DNA of 45,011 nucleotides from positions 1 to 45,011 of the forward strand of contig JAUCBJ010000814.1 of NCBI GenBank assembly GCA_032718475.1, given 5' to 3'. The stretch is from Nemertoderma westbladi. Its lineage: Eukaryota > Animalia > Xenacoelomorpha. The position numbers were made by a program, and so were the translations under genes. The notes beneath the pieces were generated by a model. The model ran no database searches. It had not been told where the DNA came from and worked only from the letters and a program-made list of their open reading frames with translations. Below, piece after piece: positions 31,960 to 44,709 of this stretch. The stretch's first letter is position 1, and every line of letters begins with the position of its first letter.

Positions 31960-32795
31960 GTGTGAGTGGATTCAATTCCGCCTCACCATCCTAATAAAGT
32001 TGGGAAGTGGCGTTTTCAGCAATATTGGGGATACGAGGTTAATCACAGATTAATCTCGTATCACACCCAATAACGGGGACAACACACGGCCCCGAAGGCC
32101 ACACACAAAAGAGGTTAGAGGTCAAGCTACCTCGAGAAGGGAAGTAACAGCAGCGGGGGGGAAACACTCCAACAGAGGTGGGAACCGAGAATTAGTATGT
32201 TAGCCAATAAGGGGCGAGGAAAGCATCCGCTAGATAGGGAGGCCAAAGTACTGTAGGAGTGGCAATTATATATTATATTGCATGATACCGGTCAGTTCAG
32301 TTATTTCAGTCATCCAGTGCAGATCGGTGACATTTTCGTACCGTCACTGTCATTACTGGTATAACGGGAAGATAGCATGGGGGGGGAGTGTGAGCGGATT
32401 CAATTCCGCCTCACCAACCCCCATAAAGTTGGGGAGTGGTACCTTTAAGCAATATTGGGGATACGAGGTTAATCCCCAATTAACCTCGTATCACACACCC
32501 AATAAACGGGGACGACAAACCCCGAAGGGCCACACAAAGGGAGGTCAGAGGTTAAACCTCCGGGAGAGGAAAGTGACAGCAGCGGGGGGGGGGGGGGGGG
32601 GGGAACACTCCCACAGAGTTGAGGGCGAGAATTAGGTTATTGGCCAATGAGAGCCAAGAAACGCATCCGCTAGGTACAATGGCCATAAGTAATGTAGCTA
32701 ACCAATATATATATTACCGGTCAGTGCCCAACATTCAGTTTACTCAGTCACTTAGGGCAGTACGGTGACACTTTAAGACCGTCACCGCCGTCACC
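31960..32795 (+). repeat. 428-bp diverged tandem duplication rich in stem-loops
   Basis: GTGTGAG(T/C)GGATTCAATTCCGCCTCACCA at 31960 and 32388. A 14-bp stem GATACGAGGTTAAT/ATTAA(T/C)CTCGTATC is present in both copies. Confidence 0.9.
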
Positions 32796-33787
32796 AATTA
32801 GTTACCATATCATTACCGGTCAACTGTGCTATCTGCTATCACCTATATTATATATATATTACCGTTCAAGTTTATTAACAACACTGGAACAACAAACTCT
32901 CTTTTTCCATCACACGGTGCGGCTGATGCGTACATAAACCAAACTGGTCGGGATCCTCTGATCCCGTCACACACACGCTAATTACATTCCGAACACAGTA
33001 ATTTGTTTGGATTGCAGGCGACTTCAGGCACATATATTTATTTATAACAACATTATTTGCAGGAATAACCTCAGCAGCATTCGCGTTTGAGACTGAAAAA
33101 AAAACTTCCACACATTATTTGAGTGCCAGTGATTTATTGTGATTCGCAATTTAATCCACCTCAAGGCGATTTACATCTCGCCCCTCGACGACATACCATA
33201 TCAGACAGCTTGTCGGCAAACGGCTTCAACTCAGACCAAAACCCCTTTGTTTAACCTACCTAGTTGTGACATACTAAATTCCATTCCCATCATTGATGCT
33301 GCTAATTCTCCTTGTACTAGACGTAATAAATCCCTGTCACCAATAATACACAACGGTGGTTGGGTATTACTTACATTCATTGGCTTATCCAATTCGTGGA
33401 ATTCAGATCTCCCCACCTTTCACCAAACAATCACTCATACCTGACATTCTTGAATACCATCATTAGGTAGACAGCAACGGACAGCAGTAGTTACTGGAAT
33501 CACTGTAGACAGTTACTACTAATGGAGAGATCGGAATTGCATAAAGGCTTCTGCGATACCTGTCACTCCCATTTTCTTTAGCAGGGCGTTTTAATTTGTT
33601 AAAAATAATACCACCCAGCGGGAGCAAAAGTCATCACATCTCCCAACAATAGTCAAATTATTTATTCTCTAGGTGGCGCAAGTAGAAAATACCGATAACA
33701 ATTAATTCTTTGCTTTACAGGAATAATATTTAGTAAAAATCTATTTGTAGCTACTATACCTATCTTGTATAAGAGATAAGATAAGAG

Positions 33788-35096
33788 GGACCCCCAAAAC
33801 AGATGGCTGCAAGATATGTGGGCCATGTAGATGGCATTAATACCGTTTGGGATACTTTAAAAGAGCGATATGGAAATGAAGAAAATTTGGAACGTAACAT
33901 GTATGACAGATTAATCTCTAAAAACATATCCACTCAAAACGGGATCGTAGAGTTTAGGGATGAAGTGGAGGAAATCTAAAGCCAGCTTGATTGGCTTGGG
34001 CAGAAACAGGTATACGATACTATTATGATGGTCCAGTTTGTTTCCAGTAAAAAAAAAAAAAAAAAAGTAAATTTTCTTCGGCCGCTAGGCCAGGGATTAC
34101 GCACAAAGTCTGACGACTTATTTCCAGTGCGGTCCCCCCAGAACTTTACTCCCCAGAGGAAACTCCAGTACTCATTTAGCTACCACTTAAGGATGCAAGG
34201 CAGAGATGCGCCCTGGCTGGTCCCTTTAAAGCATTCGTGCCGAAACGAAAACTGCCCTGGCCCATGTGAGGATCGAACCCACGACCTACGGGAGATGTGA
34301 ATTCAATGCAACCACTACACCAAGGTGGAACCTAGTGGAACCTAACCTTCAGTGCATTGCCCAAGGGCTCCACGGGAACCAGATGGGATAGATATATTTA
34401 CAACTATAAGTTAAAGCATGGATGCTTTCCAGATATGGACTCGTTCAGAAGTTTCTTAAAGGCTGAAGCCTCTACTTAACTTATCGCAATGAACCGGGAA
34501 AAAAGCACCCGTTCCAACACTAAAATATCATATAAAATAATGACAAAGAAACAGTATGCTTATGTCACTAGCTACGAGGAACGCCCTTCGGATTACACTG
34601 ATTCAGAGATGGAAGGACACGACAGTGTATACCTTAGTGATACAAGCTCAAAGGGACAGAGAAAACGTAGACGTAAAAACACAAAAATGCATACTGTAAG
34701 CACCCCCATAATTCCAAGGTGTCCCCTTTATAAAACCACTATACACTCCCTTAGAAAATGTCCTGTTTCCTGAATAAAACAAAAAGGGAAAGACGACAGA
34801 CAGTAAGAGCTTTGTTAACATGCTCCCTGTGCCTTAAACCAGGACACATAAGACGTAAATGTCACTTAAAGGACATTAAAGCATGTCCCATGTGTCAAGG
34901 CCCTCACCACGCTCTACTGCATCCGGACCAGACCCCTAAGGAAGAATCAGTTCATTTCACCGACTACAAGACCGACTCATCTGACGAGGGACCAGATGTA
35001 TTCCTTCCCGGTGAGTTTTCTGACGACAACGAGTGCTCTAACCACGTCAGTGCATATGAGGCCTTTATAAGCAAGATGTCAAGCTGTCAGTCTTGA
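33788..35096 (+). pseudogene. gag: Decayed Bel/Pao gag related to the intact element, interrupted by a SINE
   Basis: GPPKQMAARYVGHVDGINTVWDTLKERYGN...GIVEFRDEVEEI*SQLDWLG...VSS[SINE]ALPKGSTGTRWD...CSLCLKPGHIRRKC...CPMCQGPHHALLH...EFSDDNE aligns with the ORF2 Gag. Stops and frameshifts are present. Confidence 0.9.
34049..34347 (-). mobile_element. tRNA-derived SINE inserted in the gag relic
   Basis: Minus-strand A box TGGTGTAGTGG (34312-34322) and B box GGTTCGATCC (34270-34279). 18-nt homopolymer tail. Flanking TCCAGT/TTCAGT is TSD-like, and removing the insert restores VSS-ALPKG. Confidence 0.85.
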
Positions 35097-35269
35097 CTTA
35101 CTTTGTTGTAATGTTAACTCCTAAGTGACATTTGAGTGCGCTGCATATCACATTCAAGCGTGGGAACGGGTTATGTGTAGTTAACCACTGACCCCCTTTT
35201 TCAAAAATATGCCATATATTTAGCTTAACAGGCTAACAAAATTTATCCCTGTATTGCTTTGTCCCCAAA

Positions 35270-35510
35270 AACAATAGGACCATGGGATGTTTCATGATAA
35301 ATCGTTTTATACACGGTGCATGAAACTTGATCTCAGTTCTAGAACAACTATAAGTAAAATGACATAAACAATAGGACTATGGGATATTTCATGATAAACT
35401 GTTCTATACGCAGTGCATGAAATTTGATCTCAGTTCTAGAACATGCCAGAATATACTAATGGGAGGTTCATGATAAGCCGTTATACACACGATGCATGAA
35501 ACCTGAACCC
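35270..35510. repeat. ~97-bp tandem repeat, 2 copies plus a partial third
   Basis: AACAATAGGAC.ATGGGAT.TTTCATGATAAA...TGCATGAAA.TTGATCTCAGTTCTAGAACA at 35270 and 35367. Confidence 0.8.
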
Positions 35511-38000
35511 AACATCAATAACATGTTGCGATAAGTCATTATTAAACATGACGCGCAGCCAACCAAAACCCTTTAACTGTATGATGACGGTGATAATACA
35601 ATTGAATGCGGAATCCATATCCTTTATTTGGGTTAAACCAAACTCTGGGTAAATTCTGGAGACGGCCCGCCACTTCTTGTATAACCCGAGTACAAAGGGA
35701 GTAACAAATAAAATTATAATAAACCGTAATAGTCATGGTAAGTCATTATTTAACATGGCGCATGTGTATTGATTTTGTGTCGGTACTTAATTTGCTATTA
35801 ACAATAATTGCTTAATAATAGTAGAATTTTTAGTAAATGGAAATATTTGCCATGATTTATACTATATCACTTATGAATAGGAAGTGAAGTATATTTTTAA
35901 GAACAACCATAGTCGCACGGATACTAATAGTCAAGGGAAGTCAGGTTAGAGTATCATTACGAGTAAATGGGAGAAACATTTATCAGGTGTAGGTCATCAA
36001 CTTTAGCTGTCTTACATTTCACCAGCCTTACAAAATTTAGGACACCTGTATGAAAATTGAACAATCCGCACAGCGAAGCAAAAACACACACAACGCAACA
36101 GCAGAAAATAAGCCAATAGTTATTTATAGGTGAATAATTCTATACCTCAGTTTAGCGTAGCCTTGGCAAGGTATTATAGGAGTTCAATTCGTGGTTGCTA
36201 TGCGTGAGCCGACATTTGATTGGTTGTTGGGTTCCAGGCAGCATCAGTTGAGTTCCTTTGTTACTGTGCAGGTGTTACTGTTTACTTATACATAATTATG
36301 TGTTCTGGAATGTCATATTCTGGAATGTTGGAATATATTCTGCTGTGCATGACTGACAGACTGTTAGGGATTATTCTATATTAGGTGGAAATTAGTTATT
36401 TGCCACTATACGACTAACTTGCGCTATGGACAATTTAGGCACTGTATCCTAGCTGACAAGGACAATTAGACAATTATTGCCGAGATATTTGCAATTTTTA
36501 GAATTACGGTAAGTCTGATGTAAATTTAGTTAAACAATTTGGCGTGAATTTGTTATCCATTTATTGTCACTGTTACATATTCAGCAATTGCTGTTCATAT
36601 GGGAAATGATTTCTATAAAAACCTGAAATATTTATTGAACTCGAAATTATCAATAGATTATCCTAGAAAATACACAGTCTGGGGAGGCTGTTTAGTAGAT
36701 CATATAAGGACCCGCTATAGCGGTAAATTATATTCGTGTGGAGATCTCGACCCGGGAATCGTTGATTAGTAGTTCACATATAGATCTGCCTGGTCGGGGA
36801 TTCTTATGCAGATAGTTTTACAGCATGACAATAACAAACCTTGGTCTTACTGTATTATGACGGCCCAATCACACTTGAATGCCGAGTCTTATTATTACTC
36901 CCGCTTCTTGTCAATTGCCAGAGTACAGTAAGAGATGTCAATTGGTTGGCTTGAAACTTCAAGAACCAACATAGCTCGAAATTGATTAATACAATATCAC
37001 ATCCATATAAATCCGTTCAAGTCACAGTAATAATGAGCATTACGGGAACGGTCGGGGTCCATTTGTGGCTCTCTCCCAAGGGATGAGTAAACTTAGTTTA
37101 AGTCACCAGATTGCGTAAATCTTTATTATGTTATTTACTAATAGCTTAATACCATCAACCCCTACTTATGACATAAATATCACGATAGTACAAACACCGA
37201 TACTATACAGACAAACACTACATTCAAATAAATAAATTAAATAGTAACCAACAAAGACATAATAATATCACAGTAAACCCAGATCTGTATGAATGAGCAA
37301 TACCCTATCCTACCGCTATATTTACCGAATGTTGATCTTCGATAAATTAATAATTAATTTAGAACATTGGGACGCTGGTGTGTCGCTTGCGCAACCCCTG
37401 TTTCTTATTAAAGTTCTAAAGTTTGTCGTATTTGCTAAATTTAATATCTTTAAATATATTTGGTGAGTATCCAGGAAACTAATATCAACATTCGGGAAAT
37501 AGTAGATTTGTGATAAACATTTCATACCGGTCAATGAACGGTATGATGTCGGTTTGCATGACAGTATGAATAGCAACTACTTTACGTGTGTTTACTGAAG
37601 CGAACCGAAGCCTTATTGCTGACTAACTGCAATTACATTGCGATATAAGTTACCCCGACGAATAGCCCTTGGATAAGACGGGCCTCGAGCTTTTCCTGCG
37701 TGTTAGCCGTTGCGTCATCCACCCGTTCATCCACGCCTGTTGGATAGGGAATTGGCATAGCGGCGCTAACGTGGCCTGGGGCAGCTCGGGTCCGTGTCGG
37801 GCTGGGGGATAGAGGGCGGCTTGCCATTGCCAACCCGCGCGAACTTTGATAACTATACCAATAATTAACTTTGGTTTGCCTTTGTTGGATTGATAACATA
37901 TTTGTTTCTTACAATAATAACAATGGATACTTCTAATGATGATCCAATGGATAATATCAATATACAGTGACAACAGCTTTCAGAGGAATACCGTCGAGGT

Positions 38001-38810
38001 ATGCAAGAGATAATGGAGGATTTGTTGACACCCGGAGTACCGCAACAGTATACTGAACCTCTAATGTCCCTGGTAGAGATATCAGAGCGACTGCATCACC
38101 GTGTCTTTATGGACAGGTATGCTAATATAGATGGATCTTATAAACCGTTTGTCATATCTGGGTACCTGAGCAATCATATATACACAGAAGATGTTCATGA
38201 GCGACAAGACATGGAAATGTGGCGTTATCATGTACAGAGACAACGGGAGGATACCGCTCGGATGGATAAGGAAGACAACATCCGAGATACCATTTCAGCA
38301 GGCAATGTGGAAACCAGCATTAACGCGGCTAAAATTCAAGGACTTAGTTACGTTCCTTCGAGAAACTTATTTAAATATAGCGGCGGCCCAAACTCAACAA
38401 ACTCATTATCCCAAAGGTATTCGCCCCGAACCGATAGCGCTTTCCCTGCCTTGACTGCTTATCAACGCCGTGTGAGACATCAACAATTTGTAAAAGCGGA
38501 GGCTTATGTCAATGATACACATCGACACCCGGCTATAGGAATCGACGCTACTTTGTTACCGTAACCGATGTTAGATATTCTGTTGGATGAATCCATCTAC
38601 AAACTCGATTCAGCCATATATCGGGACTTAACGGATGATTTTCCTATTGTCCATGATATACCATATCCCTTCGTCGACACTCAAGTTATCCTTCCTTGGG
38701 CGCAATCTCACGGCTCCTTCCGAGTTATGTATCGACGCAATGCTAACGATACGTATAACCAAGTTGATCGTACTTCCTCTGGCCATATCGCCTTCCAGGA
38801 GTGCGATTAA
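38001..38810 (+). pseudogene. Decayed, internally deleted homologue of ORF3 (exonuclease-like accessory ORF)
   Basis: Shares FLRETYLNIA, PA(I/M)GID, (R/G)DL, IPYPFVDTQ and RTS.GH.AFQE with ORF3. Frameshift at ~38330, stop at 38562, and ORF3 residues ~175-760 missing. Confidence 0.92.
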
Positions 38811-41429
38811 CCTGTCCCCTCCAGACCAGTGCAAACCACCGTGCGGAAGCGCTAAGCCGCTCCCCTGGAACCGGGATTCCTTCGACCGGCTGTCGACTCA
38901 TGCGACACAAAACCGGCTGAGTTCCCGTCCTTATCTGGCACCTCCACCGGAACATATACTGATCGTCCGAGTTCTCCGACACCTGATGCGGTGGATATGC
39001 ACACGGGTCTCGATGAGACAATTTTGAGCGACGATCTCGCGGTACCTGCACCCCCGACACCCGCAAAAGGGAGGAAACGACTCTTTATGCCACTGCAAAC
39101 GAAAGCGATAATATAAGATTATCATTAGTTAGCCTGCCGAACTTTATAAAATCCCCCTACCTGTTAGCAAACTATCATATTTGTAAATAATTAACAATAT
39201 GTATTTCTTATAGTAAGACTGATAATATTCAGTATATTAGTACCTAAAGAGATAATATGACTCATATTGCTTACTTACGTACCCAGAGAATATTAGTAAA
39301 TGTGTTGAACCCTAGTGTTATTTGAAAGTTGTTTAATACTTACCTAGTTTCACCGGAAGTACCTAAAGAGGTGAGGTCTCTATAGGGTGCTTTCAACAGG
39401 CGGCGGCCGACTCGTGAGGGTCAGTTGGCTTGGGGCTTGGATGGGTTGCACTGACCTTCAGCTGTTCCGTTTTTTTGATACTATATGTTATTGTCTCCAT
39501 GTTCAGCTAATTGGTCTTTGGGATTTGTTTGGGTCTTTGAGCTTTCTGTTGATGTGGGTACGTGGTACACGTGAGTGTGTGTATGGCCACTACGAGTGAG
39601 TGTGGGAAACCTTGCCAGTTGGTTCTGTCGCCACTGGTATTAGTAGGACCATATCTTTACTGCGCCCCAGCATACTTTGTGCACACAAAGTTATTTTGCC
39701 CTGATGGCAAAATAAGGTACTCTCAACTTTTTTATCAGTCGATACAATTTTGTCCCCTGCGATTTTGACACTGATTTTGTCTTTTCCAATTATGTCCTCT
39801 GTGTGTGCATGGTATGTGTCCGATTTTGTGTTTACAGTTGTGTACTTGATTTCGTGAACATCTGTTTAGTACACGTGTACAGTGACTGGTAAGTGGTTAC
39901 TTGTTCTTAGCTTTTGAGCTAGACAGTATTGTCTTTTCAATACTGCCGGCAAGGCGGGTGAAAACGAGTCAAAATTCCATGTTGGGTACCGCAAGCCCAC
40001 GTGGGAATAGACCGTCGGTTAGGCTCAAGGGCAACCTTGATGCTCGATCGCTATCGACTGGTCCACCTGCCGGTTGACTCTCTGAGTTGGCTCAATGTAC
40101 AGTCAGGCCACAGTAAGGTGACAGTAGCCGACCATCTGGCTACACATGCGACGAGCTGTGCTGGTGTGATAGGGGGATTGAAAATTGAATCCGGGAAGCA
40201 TCGGGCTACCCTCCGGCCCGGTCTGATAAAAACATCAGTCGGACTGGCCCCAGGGGTGGTGGAAACACGTCCGCCTCGTGGGTGCGCCTCGGGGAGGAGA
40301 CCAGAAGGATGAAATCGGACCTAACAGACTTCATTGTTAATATGAGAAAGTTAACCTACCATAATTAACTCTGTTTAATTTAGTTGGATTGTTCATTATA
40401 TTTAATTGTATGTAACGAGTATTTGATATCAACATGATTTAATTGTTGAAAGTTTATATACCTCTTTCGGTGTAAATTTTAGAAAAAACTTAATATTATG
40501 TCATTTAACATATTGTGTTGGATTGTGTTGGGAACTTGTACGTGATTTTAGGGAACGGTTTTGCTGCCACTGCTAACTGTATACAGAAATCTTATATTTT
40601 CATCGGGTTATTATTCGGTTTCAGTGCATATAATATTTGTACTTCGAACGTATTAAATAGCCCAAAAGGTTGTTTATATTGTTGCCTAACAACGGTTGTA
40701 GTGTTGCTGAACTCTCATTGGTAGCTACAGAATATTCTATATAGCTGGTATTCTTACGTCTTATTGGCTGTTCTATCTTTACTGAACATTGTGAATTCAT
40801 ATATAACTGTTGTTAGCCTCGCTAAGGCAGGGCTTAACCTGATAACATCTCAGGTAATTTACATTGATTTTATAGCCTAGTAAGTCACGTTAGTTATAGT
40901 GGCCTATGATATTTTACCTAATCACTTGTATTAACAACTAATTGCTTGCATTAACAACTAATCATTTGCAATCTATTATATTTGCACTACTTGTTGATGA
41001 AGATATTGGACTAAAGATCAAACCAACTTGATTTCCACCACACTTTCGTGAGTGTTCCTGCTATATGCGGCAGGTATCCCGAGGCATTGATAACACTCAT
41101 AACTACATAACGGCTTACTAATCATCTTCGGGTTAGCCTCCCATAAAGATCTCGACAGAAATTTACTTTAGTTTACTATACTGTGCCATTCAGGTGAATG
41201 GATTTGAGTAATTGCCAAGTTACAGAGTGTAATCTCTCTCTCTGACCATAGGTAAATAATACTTTTCTTCAGACCATAGGATAACATTGTTGTGATGAAA
41301 TTTTCACAGCAGCTTGATACCGCGATTCTAAGGTCCCTGGCATGATCGGCTACTCCGTCCATAACCTCTGGGCTCAAAAAATAAACGTAAATGAGAAATC
41401 GCCATAGGTGCAATGGTAAAATAATACCA

Positions 41430-42261
41430 ATGACAGCTGGTGTCCTGATGAAATATGGCTTATGTAATGCATTTCTACACAAGGCTTAGTAATAAATCAA
41501 TGAGGTTGCCAAGATTATTATACTTAGTACACCCATACTGTTTGTTTAGGCCCTAGCACTCTCTGTCAAAGCAAACATTAACTGGTTGGTTTAGTTTGAA
41601 ATCTATTATCGCCTCAGCTGAATTACTCTTCCCAATGCATTCTATGGGAATATCTCACTCTGCTAATGTAAGCTGAATGACTGTTAGGCTGACTGCCTTG
41701 CATTCAAAATGTTTTATAGGTAATTGACATTTAGTGCAAGCTGATTAACTGTTAGTTACTTATTACTGGTTGCACATGAATTGATGGTGTTTTCAATTTA
41801 TTAACTAAACACGATATCGCGCATTGCACCAGCGTAGTTTCGAAATTCCAAAACGAGGTCTTCAGTAGTTGCAGGTCGATTTTGTTCTAGAATTGTGCAA
41901 CTAAAAATAGATCGAATTTATTAATAATTATTGTATGAAATATGAATGTATTTTTACATAATTATTAGTTCTATACTAATTCTCATTGTCTCTTTTAAAA
42001 TAACACCTATGACAGCTGGTGTCCTGATGAAAAATGGCTTATGTAATGCATTTCTACACAAGGCTTAGTAATAAATCAATGAGGTTGCCAAGATTATTAT
42101 ACTTAGTACACCCATACTGTTTGTTTTGGCCCTAGCACTCTCTGTCAAAGCAAACATTAACTCGTTGGTTTAGTTTGAAATGTATTATCGCCTCAGCTGA
42201 ATTACTCTTCCCAATGCATTCTATGGGAATATCTCACTCTGCTAATGTAAGCTGAATGACT
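41430..42261. repeat. 253-bp near-identical direct repeat (41430-41682 and 42009-42261)
   Basis: ATGACAGCTGGTGTCCTGATGAAA...GCTGAATGACT occurs twice. A second ~75-bp repeat pair lies at ~41160 and ~42363. Confidence 0.9.
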
Positions 42262-42460
42262 TAAGTACACAGTGTGTTGGCTACATTAATGCCAACATTA
42301 TTGCAAAATGTTTCATTGTTGGATTACTCTCTGTCAGTCAACCCTTCAGAACATTGTATAGGGAATTTACTTTAGTTTACTCTACTGTGCCATTCAGCTG
42401 AATGGAATTGAGCGATTGCCAAGTTACAGAGAGTAATTTAAAAAAACATCCCAAGAATTA

Positions 42461-43303
42461 GTGTTATACAATAAAATATTAAATAGTGAAGCAGGTAAAC
42501 ACGCATTCGGAAATTTATCAATTGAATGGAAGTTCAATGTTGAGAGGTATCCATCTGCGTATGGCTTCATAGAACGGCTGGTTGGCAGTGTAAAATCCAA
42601 CCTACGTAAAGTAATGGGACGGGCTGTACTAACAGATGACGAATTTGCAACCTTACTTGTAACTTGTGAAGGAGTTGTAAATAGTAGGCCGCTGACTTAT
42701 ATACATACTGACGACACAGAGTGTTTTGATGTCCTTACTCCAAGTCACTTCCTGGTTGGGAAGAGGCTCTGTGCATTACCCCACCCGTTTGTCAAATCCC
42801 AAAATTTAGAAATAACCACAAAAACCCTCAAAAACAGAAAAAATATCAAGAGATTGCGGCTAATTGCTTTTTGCAATTTTGGCGTGACCACTACTTAAGA
42901 GTTACGCGAAAGCCACCGCACCAATAATCGGTCTGAATCGAATTTGATCAAACCCGCCATAGGCGACATTTGCTTATTGTGTGACAAAAAATTACCCCGT
43001 TGTTTGTGGAAAATCTGCAGGGTCGACAAATTATTCGAAAGCAGAGATGGTGAAATTCGTTCAGTACGAATTAAAATAGCAAAAAGAGACAAAGAGGCTA
43101 CATATTTGACTCGCTCTATTAAACATTTAATCCCCTTGGAAGTTCCACCAAACCCAACAGGACTAGAAAATGTAACCATTAGCATGGACAAGATTAAACC
43201 AAGAACTGATTCAAGTGTAGAACAAAAAATTGAGTCTACTCTGCAATCAAAACATCCCCGCAACGCCAAACAAAACAAAATAGTTGGTGTTTACAAAACT
43301 TAA
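42461..43303 (+). pseudogene. pol: Truncated Bel/Pao integrase C-terminal fragment from a different family
   Basis: WKFNVERYPSAYGFIERLVGSVK...VNSRPLTY...LTPSHFLVG, a frameshift, then GDICLL...LPRCLWK...DGEIRSVRI...TRSIKHLIPLEV. Confidence 0.9.
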
Positions 43304-43901
43304 CTCAAACAACCCGAATCTTGTCTTGGCATGGGTGACGTTAGTTAATATACAGTAGGTACAGTAGTATATATAAATTGTATTTCTTGTATTCACATAA
43401 CTCGTTATTAACACCGTAGCGTGCTTATACGGTAGGGTGTGTCATAAAAATCAAAAGTCCGCGAATTACTTAGGAACTCACCCAAAAGGTGAGGTTATGT
43501 GTCCATAACACGTTGGAACACGTGACCCCAGTAGCACTTTGTTTTTCACTCATATTTAATCTACCGTGCAAAAAATATTATTGAAAATTTACATTATCTT
43601 CACTTCTGCTGGGGCTAACAGGTCATGGGTGAGCTCATTAGAAGCGCAATTGTCGAATTAGTGGGGGTAGAAAGTAGAAAGTGCAAAAAGGACCAAAAAA
43701 TTGATTAATAAAATTTAAAATGGATTTTATTTAAATTTTAATCAAATTTCACCAAAAAGAGCAAATACACTAAGTTTAACATCTATTATTATCTTCACCT
43801 TACACTATTGCACTTGAGTTTTAACTAAAGATTGAAATTAAAGTCCATATTACTGTACTGAGTACTTCGGCTACTAAATCACACTTTTTTTAATCATAGG
43901 C

Positions 43902-43954
43902 TGAACTAGTTAGTGCTACTGATGAGGCCGAATCGTACGTATAGCGCTGGTTCA
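43902..43954 (+). ncRNA. Degenerate type I hammerhead ribozyme copy
   Basis: AGTGCTA-CTGATGA-GGCC-GAAT-CGTACGTA-TAGCGCT. Stem II is collapsed and GAAA has become GAAT. Lies 361 bp upstream of the intact copy. Confidence 0.6.
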
Positions 43955-44262
43955 AACCCTGGTGACGTGCTTTACTTCTTCAATTTCCGAACAAAACCAT
44001 TTACATTACATTATTAATTACAGTTGCCCCCCAACAGCTCAACTCCAATTTATTTAATTAACATCACCTGGGGGGGGGGGGGGGGGGGGGGCAGTAATAA
44101 TCGAGCTGAATATTTATTTATTTGTACTTCCCTCCTGTTTCACTCTACCATACTTGAGGCCATTAGATTAGGTCCGCAGTTAGAGATATGATTATGTAAC
44201 TTAAAACTGCCTGTTCAATAGAAGTGGATTAGGTGGGAGAGATAATGTCAGGGGCAAGTGGC

Positions 44263-44324
44263 TGAACTGGTTAGCGCTACTGATGAGGCCAGATAGGCCG
44301 AAACATATGTATAGCGCTGGTTCA
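44263..44324 (+). ncRNA. Minimal type I hammerhead ribozyme
   Basis: Stem I TGAACT..AGCGCTA/TAGCGCT-GGTTCA. Core CTGATGA (44280). Stem II GGCC-AGATA-GGCC, then GAAA. Palindromic stem III ACATATGT. Cleavage triplet GTA (44309-44311). Confidence 0.9.
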
Positions 44325-44382
44325 ACCCCCAGTGTAGTGCTTTCTCATTTTTTCCATTTCTGAACAAAACCATTTACATTAC

Positions 44383-44709
44383 ATCATGAGTTCGGCAACG
44401 CAGATCGCACTATCTGCCCGTCATGGCTTCATTGGCTGCTTGTTCTACTCTCTCTAGTCACCTGTTAACTCCAGCAATGACCGAGTCCTTCCCAACACCA
44501 GACCAAGTGTCTAACCAGGCCCCAGATCTCTGGAACTCTTCAGTAGAACCGGGAGCAGCAATTCCATCATCCAGCATACATAAATTGTGGACAGTTTCCA
44601 TAAGTGAACACTCGTTCTCCCTCCTCAATCTGCTGTGCTGCAACACCCCTCGATCTAGCGCATCTAAACTCCCTGGAGGATACAATGGCAGGTTATTGGC
44701 TCAACGCCA
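44383..44709 (+). pseudogene. CRE-clade-like non-LTR retrotransposon fragment (post-RT region)
   Basis: SSATQIALSA...ASLAACSTLSSHLL...LDLAHLNSLEDTMAGYWLNA resembles the CRE-type GIRSA..LAPSAFLAS...ARL......SG.WL.A. Confidence 0.7.

Noticed and set aside
32875-33700. Coding-looking minus-strand ORF pieces upstream of the gag relic
   Set aside because: They are short, interrupted by stops and have no recognisable motif. A translated search would be needed.
36478-36690. Short reverse-complement similarities to the intact element's spacer (CCGTAATTCTA...ATATCTCGGC; TCCCCAGAC)
   Set aside because: The matches are short and their order does not fit a simple inversion, so chance cannot be excluded.
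39945-40325. GC-rich island resembling an RTE-type LINE 5' UTR or an HDV-like ribozyme (TCC-GCCTCGT-GGG)
   Set aside because: No matching P1/P1.1/P2 could be assembled and no ORF follows.
41444-41452. CTGATGA motifs at ~30282, ~41444 and ~42023 as hammerhead cores
   Set aside because: No stem II plus GAAA or stem I pairing surrounds them.
43325-43560. Possible PPT and 3' LTR after the integrase fragment
   Set aside because: There is no TG start and no partner LTR in the window, so boundaries cannot be supported.
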